Part shown: one piece after another, positions 1 to 10,187 of the stretch | How positions within the stretch are numbered: position 1 is the stretch's first letter | Layout: each line of letters begins with the position of its first letter | Position numbers and translations under genes: made by a program | Notes under the pieces: model-generated | Seen by the model: the letters and a program-made list of their open reading frames with translations, nothing else | Databases searched by the model: none | Told to the model about the DNA's origin: nothing | NCBI GenBank assembly: GCA_029555085.1 | Contig: JAKPTO010000001.1 | Span: 1 to 39,220 of the forward strand | From: a bacterium | Lineage (GTDB): Bacteria > Patescibacteriota > Patescibacteriia > UBA1558 > S5-K13 | Length of the DNA: 39,220 bases | Direction of reading: 5' to 3'

Positions 1-81
1 ACTGATATAAATACGAGAATCGATAATACTGGAAGAAATTTTTATAAATCAACACATCGTTATCCAGATTTTGAATTTTAA
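1..81 (+). CDS. 3' end of an upstream hypothetical protein (partial)
   Basis: Frame 1 is open from base 1 (TDINTRIDNTGRNFYKSTHRYPDFEF*). Its TAA at 79-81 overlaps the ATG of the next gene. Confidence 0.6.
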   Translation, partial: TDINTRIDNTGRNFYKSTHRYPDFEF

Positions 82-944
82 TGAGAATATTACACGACAT
101 AGCAACACAGTTACTATTGGAACAAAATAGTAAAATTGATATTATAAAAAAAGCCATCGAAGAACGGATACCATTATCAATATACTATCGTGGACCTGCT
201 CATGAAGTTAGAGAAGGTCAGAGAATTGACATAGAACCTGTTGTTATGGGACGACATATTAGAAGTGGTAACTTAGTTATTTGGGCATATGTTTTTAAAG
301 GTGTTTCCAAAAGAGGAATACCAGGTTGGAAAATGTTTAGAGTTGATAGAATTGTATCGGCGAAACTTAATTATAATGTAAAAAATTTTGATCTCGATAT
401 AATACCTGGTTATGAAAAAGGAAAAGCCCCAGCATCGATGAAATCTCTTAGTAGTGTTGATGTGTTTTCTCCGTATTGGTTTAAAGCTGGTGAGAAATAT
501 GTTGCTCCGCCAGAACCAGAAATTAAAAAAGTTGAAAGACCAGAGCCGCCACAAGAGCCAGAAGAACCAGATATTCCACAACCTATTATTGAACCGATTC
601 AAAAACCAGAAATTTCAAGTAAGGAATTTGCACGTAAAATTTATGCTGATTTAAAATCAAAATCAAGAAATATTAATGGACAAAACTATATTTCGTTCAA
701 TGATTATCAAAATGCTTTAAACCAGTTATATCACGCAAAAGAAGATGAATTTAAAATATATCAACGAGCTATTGGTGGTAATGAAAGACCTGGAGAAGGA
801 ACAAGAAAAAGATTTACTGATACATCAAAAAAAGAAATTGATACTTTCTTACATAGAGATAATATAGAAATAACAGATAATATAAATCAATTAGCGGAAG
901 CTTATCGAATGATTACTAGGTTTGAAAGATTGATTAATTGGTAA
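81..944 (+). CDS. WYL-domain protein (no HTH) with Pro/Glu linker and C-terminal helical domain
   Basis: WYL-like pattern: AIEERIPLSIYY...RIDIEPVVMG...LVIWAY...WKMFRVDRI. Followed by a PEPE-rich linker. Confidence 0.75.
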   Translation: MRILHDIATQLLLEQNSKIDIIKKAIEERIPLSIYYRGPAHEVREGQRIDIEPVVMGRHIRSGNLVIWAYVFKGVSKRGIPGWKMFRVDRIVSAKLNYNVKNFDLDIIPGYEKGKAPASMKSLSSVDVFSPYWFKAGEKYVAPPEPEIKKVERPEPPQEPEEPDIPQPIIEPIQKPEISSKEFARKIYADLKSKSRNINGQNYISFNDYQNALNQLYHAKEDEFKIYQRAIGGNERPGEGTRKRFTDTSKKEIDTFLHRDNIEITDNINQLAEAYRMITRFERLINW

Positions 945-954
945 CTTAATATTA

Positions 955-962
955 TATTTATA
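955..962 (+). promoter_or_regulatory. TATTTATA upstream motif (candidate phage late promoter)
   Basis: 12 nt upstream of ATG 975. The same octamer precedes many structural genes. Confidence 0.5.
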
Positions 963-974
963 AAAAAAAACAAA

Positions 975-1586
975 ATGGCACTTGTACAGAGAAGAATAAC
1001 ACCCGATGAATTGGCCGAGAGATTAGCCAAATCAAAAAAAGTTTATGAGAAAGTTTCTAGTGGTGATTATGAGCGTGGTAATATTGTTGCATCAGATATT
1101 GTAAGTGACGTTAATATTCCGACAATGAATGAACAAGTCATTCAAACAGAGCCAATACCACAACATATAAAAGAACAGCCTCAACCAATCACAGTTGAAA
1201 AAATTCAACAATCAAAATTACCCGATGCTATCAAAAAGGCCATGATAGAACATCCGATTCCACAAATATCTATAAATGATGGGTTAGATATTAATCTTAT
1301 GGCTAAGGCAAAGAAATTAATGGAACAAGACGAAACATTATTAACCAAAACAAGAAATAAGTCATCAACAACAGTTCAGAGACAAATAAAAGACGTAGAA
1401 TTATCACAAATTAATGAAGATAAACTGGAAAAAATAATTGAAAATGTAGTTCGTAAAGTTCTTGATGAAAAATTAACACAAATTTTATCTGCGAATCAAT
1501 TACAAACAATTAATGAAAATTTAGTTTTAAAAGTGGGCGATTCTATTTTTAGTGGAAAAATTACCAAAGTAAAAACTTCAAAATAA
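975..1586 (+). CDS. hypothetical protein (possibly virion-associated)
   Basis: 203-aa ORF with TATTTATA upstream. Contains the helix INEDKLEKIIENVVRKVLDE. Confidence 0.7.
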   Translation: MALVQRRITPDELAERLAKSKKVYEKVSSGDYERGNIVASDIVSDVNIPTMNEQVIQTEPIPQHIKEQPQPITVEKIQQSKLPDAIKKAMIEHPIPQISINDGLDINLMAKAKKLMEQDETLLTKTRNKSSTTVQRQIKDVELSQINEDKLEKIIENVVRKVLDEKLTQILSANQLQTINENLVLKVGDSIFSGKITKVKTSK

Positions 1587-1637
1587 TTTTGTTTTTTAAA
1601 AAATTTTTTGTATTATTTGATATAATTAAGCCAAATT

Positions 1638-2870
1638 ATGTCAAAAATAAGAATTTTAGCAATACCACCCGATTCACATGGTGTGGGAAAATTTAGAATT
1701 ATAAATCCTTACATTTATATTCAAGAAAATTATCCAGATGATTTCCATATTGATATTAAATCAGATGTGGAAAATAAGAATGAAGTTTTTGATGACTATG
1801 ATATTATTGTCATGCATTCATTTGTTCATGGTAAGTTATCACCTAATGATAATTTAAACAGAATTAAATGGTTAAAAGATAAAGGAAAAATTGTTATTGC
1901 TGATTTTGATGATTATTGGGATCCAGGTATGAGACATCCCCAGTATATTCAAGCAAAATTAGGTGGTATCATAAAAAATAAAATTCAACTTTTAAATACC
2001 GCAACATATATAACTGTTACCACATCAGTTTATAGAGACACATTACGTAAAAAATTTGGTTTAAAAAATGTTTTTGTTTTCCCCAATGCTATTGATGAAA
2101 CAGAATCACAATTTATACCAAAACCCATACTATCAGATAAAATAAGATATGGTTGGTTAGGTGGTTCATCACATTTGGCTGATATTGAACTTTTACGAAA
2201 CGGTATTTCATCTATGCATGATACTTTTGGTGATAAAATACAATTTGTTCTTTGTGGTTTTGATTTACGTGGTACAATAACTGAAATTGATCAAGTAACC
2301 AAGAAAAAGAATGTTCGACAAATCAAACCAGAAGAAACTGTGTGGTATAAATATGAAAAAATATTTACTAAAAATTATTCTGTCTTAGATAAAGAATATT
2401 TGAATTTTTTACACACATTTAAAGAGAGTGAATATAACGATAAAGATAAACCATATGTCAGGCGATGGACGAAAGAAATAACTAAATATGCTACAAATTA
2501 TAATTATTTAGATGTGTCATTAGCCCCGCTTGTTTTGTGTGATTTTAATGAACATAAATCACAACTAAAAGCAATTGAAGCCGGATTTTTTAAAAAAGCA
2601 CTTATTGCTAGTGCAATACATCCATATACAATTGATCTTGTTTCAGCAATTGATTTTGGTGGAAAATATAATCCGAAGGGAAATGCTTTATTAGTCGATC
2701 CAAATAAAAATCACAAACAATGGTTTCAACACATGAAAAGATTAGCAGAAAATCCTAATATGATTGAAGATCTGGGAAATAAATTATTTGAAACAGTTAA
2801 AGACAAATATTCGTTAAAACAAGTATGTAAGGAAAGAGTTGATTTTTTAAAAAAAATAAGTAACAAATAA
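1638..2870 (+). CDS. GT-B fold glycosyltransferase
   Basis: GVGKFRI, DFDDYW, GWLGGSSH..D and DVSLAPL...FN..KS.LK.IEAG...LIAS, typical of phage GT4-like enzymes. Confidence 0.8.
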   Translation: MSKIRILAIPPDSHGVGKFRIINPYIYIQENYPDDFHIDIKSDVENKNEVFDDYDIIVMHSFVHGKLSPNDNLNRIKWLKDKGKIVIADFDDYWDPGMRHPQYIQAKLGGIIKNKIQLLNTATYITVTTSVYRDTLRKKFGLKNVFVFPNAIDETESQFIPKPILSDKIRYGWLGGSSHLADIELLRNGISSMHDTFGDKIQFVLCGFDLRGTITEIDQVTKKKNVRQIKPEETVWYKYEKIFTKNYSVLDKEYLNFLHTFKESEYNDKDKPYVRRWTKEITKYATNYNYLDVSLAPLVLCDFNEHKSQLKAIEAGFFKKALIASAIHPYTIDLVSAIDFGGKYNPKGNALLVDPNKNHKQWFQHMKRLAENPNMIEDLGNKLFETVKDKYSLKQVCKERVDFLKKISNK

Positions 2871-2883
2871 AAAAAAATAAATT

Positions 2884-3120
2884 ATGTATTATCTAGTAAC
2901 AGTAGGTTATGAAACAGAACAACTAGACAGGAATGGCGATCCTCGTCTTCAAAAAGTTAAATATATTGTTGAAGCTGAAAGCGTTGAAGAAACAACAATT
3001 ATAATGGGGCAATATCGAGATGGTGATGCAAGAGGTAGTGATGTACTTTCAATAACTCAAATGCCTATAGAGTGTATTATAGATCCAAAAAATCGGCCAG
3101 AATTTTACAAGAAAAAGTAA
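2884..3120 (+). CDS. small protein, DUF4494-like
   Basis: YE...NG....KVKYIVEAESVEE resembles the Bacteroidota DUF4494 pattern (recalled, not searched). Confidence 0.5.
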   Translation: MYYLVTVGYETEQLDRNGDPRLQKVKYIVEAESVEETTIIMGQYRDGDARGSDVLSITQMPIECIIDPKNRPEFYKKK

Positions 3121-3130
3121 TAATAAAACT

Positions 3131-3694
3131 ATGTTAACAACAAAAAAAATAGAACAAAATAAAACCACATTCATTGAAACCAATGAAAAGTACGGCATTA
3201 TGACTAAAGAACTATTAGATTTTTTGGGTGAAGATCTATTCATAGCACCGTCTACTAGTAGTTTGAATATGACCGGGAGTTATCCTGGTGGTCTTTTACA
3301 AATTACAATAAGAGCGTGTAAATATGCTATTATGACAAATGAGATTCTTCCTACTAATTTAAAACATCCGATTGAATCAATAGTCAAAACAGTATTTTTA
3401 AGTCAAATAGGAAAGGTTTTTATGTTTCGTTTAACTGAAAATGAATCATTAAAGAAAAAAGGTCAATTGTATGAATTTAGCGATGATCTTATAAGACTTC
3501 GTGTAGGTGAAAGATCGGTATATTATGCATTACAACATGGAGTTACATTAACAGAAGAAGAATTTCAAGCTATTATAAATTATGATAAAGACGATGATGA
3601 TAAGATGGCTAAATATTATTCATCATCTTTATCATCAATAATAAGGTGGGGTTTTGAAATTGCTGTAATGGAAGAAAAGAATGAAAAAAAGTGA
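3131..3694 (+). CDS. HD-fold (YhaM-like) protein with degenerate metal ligands
   Basis: APSTS....SYPGGLL and E.QAI match HD hydrolases. The expected EH and HDxGK read QI and SQIGK. Confidence 0.6.
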   Translation: MLTTKKIEQNKTTFIETNEKYGIMTKELLDFLGEDLFIAPSTSSLNMTGSYPGGLLQITIRACKYAIMTNEILPTNLKHPIESIVKTVFLSQIGKVFMFRLTENESLKKKGQLYEFSDDLIRLRVGERSVYYALQHGVTLTEEEFQAIINYDKDDDDKMAKYYSSSLSSIIRWGFEIAVMEEKNEKK

Positions 3695-4280
3695 AATTGA
3701 AAGTTATTTAAGAGAATTAGAAAAAATTGATAAACAGCTAGATGGGTGTGATAATGGTGATAATGAAGATTTATTAAAAGAATTAAATCATATTCTTGCT
3801 GATCTTTCAAAAGATATAGAATTAGAATTATCAAAACCCACATTAAAATTTGTAAATAGATCAGATAATCCAGATCCGGTATTTGCACATGAAGGTGATA
3901 GCGGTTTTGATTTACGTGCCAATATACAAAATAATGTTGTTATAAATTCCGGACAAACTAAATTAATACCAACGGGACTTTATTTTGAGGTAGGTAAAGG
4001 ACTAGAAGTTCAAATTAGATCTAGAAGTGGTTTGGCAATGCATTATAATGTATTGGTGTTAAATTCACCAGGAACAATAGATTCACAATATCGTGGTGAA
4101 ATACAAATTATTCTTACAAATTTAGGTGATACACCATTTGTTATTCAACATGGCGACAGAATTGCACAGGCGGTTGTTTGTCCAGTATATGGTGAAGGGT
4201 TACTTAATTTAGAGAAAGTAGATGATTTAACTGAAACCAAAAGAAATAGTGATGGTTTTGGTTCTACCGGAAAATCATAA
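3681..4280 (+). CDS. dut: trimeric dUTPase with N-terminal helical extension
   Basis: Motifs SGFDL, RSRSG, GTIDSQYRGE, GDRIAQ and R...GFGSTG. Confidence 0.95.
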   Translation: MKKSEIESYLRELEKIDKQLDGCDNGDNEDLLKELNHILADLSKDIELELSKPTLKFVNRSDNPDPVFAHEGDSGFDLRANIQNNVVINSGQTKLIPTGLYFEVGKGLEVQIRSRSGLAMHYNVLVLNSPGTIDSQYRGEIQIILTNLGDTPFVIQHGDRIAQAVVCPVYGEGLLNLEKVDDLTETKRNSDGFGSTGKS

Positions 4281-4401
4281 AAACCTAATTTAAAATCATA
4301 CAATTTTTTAATTTTTACGAGAGTTTATAATGTAATGTTAAAGAAAATTATTTAGTATTTTCTTTACTTATAATAAAAAAACTATTATATTTCTCGTAAT
4401 T

Positions 4402-5013
4402 ATGGTTGTATATATAAGTATTAATGGGGTACTGCGTAATATTATACAAAAATTCGAGTATCACTATAAAGATTATTTTTTAGAAACTGAAACAACAGAA
4501 GACGACTATTTTGAATATGATATAAAATATCCAATATTAAACGACGATCTTCATAATAGTTTTAATTTTCAGTCAGAAGAGGAATTTAATAATTTTTGTT
4601 ATATTGAATTTCCTTTAGAATTATTTGGTCATGCCGGATTAAGTTATCAAACTGCGGTAAGTGATCTAAATAAGGTTATATATGAAAATAAAAATGTGAG
4701 TTTCACATTAATCGGTGTTGATGAATTTGGTAAAGCAAAACCATCAACTTTTTTCTTTTTATCAAAAAATGGTTTTTTAGGAAATAATGTAAAATTTATA
4801 ACTTTTGATAACATTGAAAAGGAATGGGAACAATGTGATATGTGGATAACAGATAACAAATTTATTCTAGATAAATGTCCGGAAAATAAGATACCAGTAA
4901 AATTTAATACTAAATATAATGAACATTTTACGATTGAAAATGAAATAAATGATCTAAAAAAAATAAATGAATTATGCTTGAAATTTTCGGAAAAGAATAC
5001 TACATCGATGTAG
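4402..5013 (+). CDS. HAD-fold 5'(3')-deoxyribonucleotidase-like protein, degenerate
   Basis: N-terminal YISINGVLRN (canonical DxDGVL) and C-terminal DMWITDN...KFNTKYN. Confidence 0.55.
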   Translation: MVVYISINGVLRNIIQKFEYHYKDYFLETETTEDDYFEYDIKYPILNDDLHNSFNFQSEEEFNNFCYIEFPLELFGHAGLSYQTAVSDLNKVIYENKNVSFTLIGVDEFGKAKPSTFFFLSKNGFLGNNVKFITFDNIEKEWEQCDMWITDNKFILDKCPENKIPVKFNTKYNEHFTIENEINDLKKINELCLKFSEKNTTSM

Positions 5014-5321
5014 ATGCAATAATTAATGTTTGTCTTCTGGAAAATAAAAAAAATAACATTTTTTCTGATAAAAATGAACAAATGTTATTGAATGAAGATG
5101 AAAATGACGTTCTATCTTTAAATACAGAAAATATATTAGAATTAAATGTATTTAAATATGAAATATTTAAAGGTTGTGTTGAAAGACTTTTAAATGAACT
5201 ATCTGAACCAGATCCTGAATTAGAAATATTTGGTGGGCAAAAATTTGGTATTTCATTTAAAATAGCATATAACACATTATTAAAGTATAATATATTAGTT
5301 GAAAACAATCATGATGAATAA
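4974..5321 (+). CDS. hypothetical protein
   Basis: 115-aa ORF overlapping both neighbours within the operon. Confidence 0.7.
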   Translation: MLEIFGKEYYIDVDAIINVCLLENKKNNIFSDKNEQMLLNEDENDVLSLNTENILELNVFKYEIFKGCVERLLNELSEPDPELEIFGGQKFGISFKIAYNTLLKYNILVENNHDE

Positions 5322-6378
5322 ACAAACAAATATTGAAATTTTTCAAGAAGCGTTAAATAGAATAGAAAAAAATGAAAATTCTATCTATTTTCTAACATAT
5401 GACACTAAAAATAATGCACGAGCAGCCATTAAACATATCTATGACATGGCACTGGCATTGAAAGAATTTGGATATAATGCTAAAATTCTTGTTGAAGAAA
5501 AAACATATGGTGGTGTGAATGGTTGGTTGGGTGATGAATACGACATATTGCCAATAGCAGCAATAAAAGAAGATAACGTTCAAATTAGCGTTGATGATAT
5601 CATTGTTGTTCCTGAAGTTTATTCTAATATTTTACAACAATTATCAAATATTAGGTGTGTTAAAATCATGTTATTACAACAAAAAGAATACATGTTTGAA
5701 GCATTGCCTATTGGTAGTAGATGGAGTAGTTTTGGGTTTGATAAGTGTATAACCACCACTAAAGCGGCTAAAAAATATATTTTAGAATATTTTCCAGAAG
5801 CTTTAGTTTATTTAATACCACCATATATTGGAGATAATTTTAAGCCCACAGAAAAACCAACAAAACCATATATCGCAATTAGTTGTAGAGATCGGGTACA
5901 GCATAGAAAAATTATTTCCGAATTTTATTTAAAATTCCCACAACTTCGATGGATTACTTTTAGAGATATGGTACAAATGTCATATAATGAGTTTAGTGAT
6001 GCATTATGTGAGTGTATGGTGTCGGTGTGGATTGATGATGAATCAACATTTGGGACCTTTCCTTTGGAATCAATGAAATGTGGGGTTCCTGTTGTTGGTA
6101 AAATACCATTTACTGAGCCAGATTGGTTATCTGAAAACGGATTTTGGACGTATGATGGTAATAAAATTTCAGAACTTCTAGGAACATATGTATTAGCTTG
6201 GCTTGATGGTGTTGAATTAACAGAAGATGTTAAAGAAAAAATGAACATGTCACATTTACCATATACAAAGAAAATACATAATGAGTCAACACTATCTATT
6301 TTTACAACAATTATAACACAAAGAAGTGAATTAATAAAAAATACGATAGAAAAAAATAAAACAGAAATAACAGAATGA
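5311..6378 (+). CDS. GT4-like (GT-B) glycosyltransferase
   Basis: DIIVVPE and STFGTFPLESMKCGVPVV (GT4 C-terminal motif). ATG 5311 preferred over TTG 5299. Confidence 0.8.
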   Translation: MMNKQTNIEIFQEALNRIEKNENSIYFLTYDTKNNARAAIKHIYDMALALKEFGYNAKILVEEKTYGGVNGWLGDEYDILPIAAIKEDNVQISVDDIIVVPEVYSNILQQLSNIRCVKIMLLQQKEYMFEALPIGSRWSSFGFDKCITTTKAAKKYILEYFPEALVYLIPPYIGDNFKPTEKPTKPYIAISCRDRVQHRKIISEFYLKFPQLRWITFRDMVQMSYNEFSDALCECMVSVWIDDESTFGTFPLESMKCGVPVVGKIPFTEPDWLSENGFWTYDGNKISELLGTYVLAWLDGVELTEDVKEKMNMSHLPYTKKIHNESTLSIFTTIITQRSELIKNTIEKNKTEITE

Positions 6379-7163
6379 AAAATATAACAATAATATTACC
6401 AGTATATAAATTAGATAGTGATGACATTGAAATGTTACACAAAGCATTACTATCAGTTGAAGATTTTCACAACGATGTGAAAATCATAGTAGTTTGTCCT
6501 AGTTATTTAAAGTCAATAATTAGCGGTATTGATTTTGGTCAAAAATTAGAAGTAAAAATCATCTATAATTCAACATCAAAAACAGATTTTTGTACTCAAA
6601 TAAACATAGGTATCGATGAGTGTAACACAGAATGGTTTTCGATTCTTGAAATTGATGACGAATATAATAAAATATGGTTGTCCTCGATGAATGAATATAT
6701 AAAATCATTTAATGATGTTGATGTTTTTCTTCCAGTAGTTAAAGACGTAAATGTTGAAGGAAAATTTTTAGGTTTTTCAAATGAATCTGTCTGGGCTTAT
6801 GGTTTTTCTGATCGACAAGGTTATTTAGATAATTCATTACTGTTAGAATACCAAAATTTTCAAACAAGTGGTGGATTATATCGAACTAAAGTAATTATAG
6901 ACAATGGAAAATTCAAAGACAATATTAAATTAACATTTTCATATGAATTTTTGTTAAGATTAACATATAATGGTGTAAATATTATGTCGGTACCAAGAAT
7001 TGGTTACTTACACGTTAATCTACGTGAAAATTCGTTATTTTGGAAGTATAAATATGATGAAAACGAGTCGTTATCTGAAAATGAGGCCGAATTTTGGTTA
7101 GAAACCGCAAAAAAAGAATATTTTTTTAAAAATAAAAGAGATATTGTGTTTAAAAAACCTTAA
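6375..7163 (+). CDS. GT2 (GT-A) glycosyltransferase
   Basis: ITIILPVY, N.GID.CNTEWFSILEIDD, and YEFLLRL. Confidence 0.8.
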   Translation: MKNITIILPVYKLDSDDIEMLHKALLSVEDFHNDVKIIVVCPSYLKSIISGIDFGQKLEVKIIYNSTSKTDFCTQINIGIDECNTEWFSILEIDDEYNKIWLSSMNEYIKSFNDVDVFLPVVKDVNVEGKFLGFSNESVWAYGFSDRQGYLDNSLLLEYQNFQTSGGLYRTKVIIDNGKFKDNIKLTFSYEFLLRLTYNGVNIMSVPRIGYLHVNLRENSLFWKYKYDENESLSENEAEFWLETAKKEYFFKNKRDIVFKKP

Positions 7164-7865
7164 ATGCCACGCAAGAGAACCCAAAAATTTTATTTTGGGG
7201 AGGAACAAGAACAAGCAGTAATAAGATTTATCAAAGCTGAAACCGAAGAAGAAAAGAACAAGATATTCAATGAATATTTAGAAGAACCTCTCACAATTAT
7301 GATTGAAAGTATTATCCGGCGATATAAATTATATCGTAGAGGATTTACTTTTCGTGATCAACACGCGGATACTATGTCTTTTTTGATGACAAAAGCGCCT
7401 AAATTTGATCCTACTGCAAATAAGAAGGCATATTCATATTTTGGTACTATTTGTAAGAATTATTTAATGGGTTCCATACAAAAAGATGTAAAAGATTTCA
7501 ATAGAACTGTTTCTTATGAAGATATTTCAACATCAATTAATGAAAATCCGGACTTTTCTTACGTTATTGACACATCACCAATTGATTATAAAGAAATTAT
7601 CACAAAATTATCAATAAAACTTGAAGAATTTGTTGAAAATGAAAAATTAAATGAAAACGAAATAAAATTAGGGTATGCATTAATCCAAATTTTCAATGAT
7701 TTTGATAAAATATTTCAAATTGGTGAGGGTAATAAGTTCAATAAAAACTTAATTTTACTCGCAATACGTGAAATGACCTCATTATCAACTAAAGAGATAC
7801 GAGTATCACTCAAAAAATATAGAAAACTGTACGACGGGATTATTTCTGACTTTTTAAATTATTAA
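7164..7865 (+). CDS. phage sigma factor, T4 gp55-like (late transcription)
   Basis: KFDPTANKKAYSYFGTICKNYL matches the sigma region-2 pattern FDP....A.SYF..I of gp55-like proteins. Confidence 0.65.
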   Translation: MPRKRTQKFYFGEEQEQAVIRFIKAETEEEKNKIFNEYLEEPLTIMIESIIRRYKLYRRGFTFRDQHADTMSFLMTKAPKFDPTANKKAYSYFGTICKNYLMGSIQKDVKDFNRTVSYEDISTSINENPDFSYVIDTSPIDYKEIITKLSIKLEEFVENEKLNENEIKLGYALIQIFNDFDKIFQIGEGNKFNKNLILLAIREMTSLSTKEIRVSLKKYRKLYDGIISDFLNY

Positions 7866-7898
7866 AAACAACACTATTTATTGCATATATTATTTAAA

Positions 7899-8288
7899 AT
7901 GAGAAAAAAAAGAAAAATAATTGAACTGAGTGTCGATTCTGCATTAGCTTTAATGCAAGAAATTTACAACGACATTGTTGAGCAGAAAAATAATGCCTCA
8001 ATAATCATGAAAAAGATGTTGGCCTTTATGAAAGAAGCTGATGATATGAGTATGATTGGACCTGTTATTAAAGAACAACAAAAAATTCTTAATGATTGTA
8101 CTGAAAAGAAAATTTCATTAGTGAAATTACAAAATGCAATGCTAAAACAAAACGGACCAAATGATAAAAATAGAGGATTTAGTGAAACACCATTAACTGA
8201 TGAAGAACGAAAAATTCTTGATGAACTTATAGGTGGTGATGATAAAGAATCTGAAAATAAAGATGATGGTGGAAAATATACTTTTTAA
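7899..8288 (+). CDS. hypothetical coiled-coil protein
   Basis: ATG 7899 preferred over TTG 7881. TATTTATT at 7875-7882. Confidence 0.7.
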   Translation: MRKKRKIIELSVDSALALMQEIYNDIVEQKNNASIIMKKMLAFMKEADDMSMIGPVIKEQQKILNDCTEKKISLVKLQNAMLKQNGPNDKNRGFSETPLTDEERKILDELIGGDDKESENKDDGGKYTF

Positions 8289-10186
8289 TGGGATTAAATG
8301 ATGATTTAGTAAACAAGATTACGAAAGAACTTTCGATTATTAAAACCATCAATCAAGATCCAAATTCTTTAATTGATGGTATGTACGAAAATCATGCCTC
8401 ACAATTAGAGAACTTAAATGGTATTGTTAAAAAAACTGTAACTGATTTCACATCAAAATTAACAGGAGGCTCACAAAATAAAAAAGATATTTTTGAACAA
8501 ATTGTAAGAATTGCAGAAAGTTTTGTTGGTGATGAAAAAGAAGATCAAATTAATGCAAAAACAAAGCCTTTAGTAACAACAAAATTAAAAAAATACGCAA
8601 AAGAAGCTGGATATAAAACACTACAACAAAGCAAAGAAATCATCTTAACCGAAACAAAAAAATCATTTTTTGGTGGTGTGGGTACATGTAATCCAACAAC
8701 ACCACTGGATACGACTGGTTTAGATATTTCTCCAAAAGAATTTGATTTTATGGGTATGTTAAAAACAGACCCGATGTCAATTACCGGAAAACTCATATAT
8801 GAAAGTGTTGTTCCAAATGAAACAAATGATATTAAATTTAACCAGATTCTTTATAATACATTTACAACATATCCATATGATTTTTTTACAAAAAGTAATG
8901 AACATTTGTTTTCAATAACATGGAATCCAAACAATCAAAATTATACAATATATGGATTGACACCCACGACACCAATTGGTGATTTTATTGATAACTATTA
9001 TAACTCGATAGAGTTTCCGGATATTGAACATGTTTTAAAAACAACAACACATATGGTTTTGGGTGGTGACGCAGTTAATGTTGAGCCAAAAGCATTTCAA
9101 ATTGGAATGAAAAAAGGTAATAGACTACTTAAAAAAATATTTTCATTATGTAACAAAGAAACAACCAATCAACCATTAATGAAAAATACTTTTACAGAAT
9201 TAAATGAAGATGAGTATGATATAATTAATTATTTTGATTTTGATGATGTAGAGGGTATTGATTTAGACGATGAAGACGCAAAATATAGGGGTGTGTTGAA
9301 ATTTAGAGATTGTGATAATTTCGAAATACCACTTAACACCAACTATCCTGAAGATTTTGTTTATTTTCTAGATAGTAGTGACAAAACTATTGATGAAAAT
9401 GTTGATGACACATTAAATAATGCGGCAATTGATGCTTATGAAGAATCTGGTGGTTCAATACCACTTGAAGGGTTTCAGATATCAATAATAAAAGACTTTA
9501 TTTTACAATTTCCCAAAGCATTAGTGATGACTTTTTTATCACCAAAAATGTTTTTTCCGATCATATTAATACATAAACATGTAAAAGAAAGTTTTGCTTC
9601 AGCTGAAGAGTATATGAGATCTCTACATAATTTATTTTATAACATTATCAGTGCATTATTTTGGAAATTTAATAAAGAATTTTGGTTACTTATTAAACAA
9701 GATTTATTAAAATTTATAAGAAAAATTGCAATCGCAATTCAAATGAATAAAATAAAAAGACTAAAAATTATTGTTAAAATATTGATTAACATATTAAGAA
9801 AAGCATTAACTGTTGAAATAAAAAGTTGTAAAGAATTGTTTTCTGCTATTTTGGGTACTATAAACACATCTCTTAATTCTAGTACTAAATTACCAATGCC
9901 CAATTTATTATTAAGTCTTTCTGAATTTTTACCTGGATTTAGTAATGATAGGGCATATATGAATATTATACGAAAACTAGAAAATGCTGGTGTTAATGTC
10001 GGTCCAATATATGGGACGACAAATAAATTACTTCCAATAGTTAAATGTATTGTTGATGGGTATACGGAAGAAATTGACACCAATTCTTATGTTAAAGTAT
10101 CAGTGAAAAGCATTAAAATTCCAACTCCTGTTGGACCTATAACAATACCACCAGGTATACTTGAAGGATATGGAAAAATGTTATAA
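8288..10186 (+). CDS. large hypothetical protein, probably virion/baseplate-associated
   Basis: 632-aa ORF coupled to its neighbours, upstream of a baseplate-spike-like gene. Confidence 0.6.
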   Translation: MGLNDDLVNKITKELSIIKTINQDPNSLIDGMYENHASQLENLNGIVKKTVTDFTSKLTGGSQNKKDIFEQIVRIAESFVGDEKEDQINAKTKPLVTTKLKKYAKEAGYKTLQQSKEIILTETKKSFFGGVGTCNPTTPLDTTGLDISPKEFDFMGMLKTDPMSITGKLIYESVVPNETNDIKFNQILYNTFTTYPYDFFTKSNEHLFSITWNPNNQNYTIYGLTPTTPIGDFIDNYYNSIEFPDIEHVLKTTTHMVLGGDAVNVEPKAFQIGMKKGNRLLKKIFSLCNKETTNQPLMKNTFTELNEDEYDIINYFDFDDVEGIDLDDEDAKYRGVLKFRDCDNFEIPLNTNYPEDFVYFLDSSDKTIDENVDDTLNNAAIDAYEESGGSIPLEGFQISIIKDFILQFPKALVMTFLSPKMFFPIILIHKHVKESFASAEEYMRSLHNLFYNIISALFWKFNKEFWLLIKQDLLKFIRKIAIAIQMNKIKRLKIIVKILINILRKALTVEIKSCKELFSAILGTINTSLNSSTKLPMPNLLLSLSEFLPGFSNDRAYMNIIRKLENAGVNVGPIYGTTNKLLPIVKCIVDGYTEEIDTNSYVKVSVKSIKIPTPVGPITIPPGILEGYGKML

Positions 10187-10187
10187 T

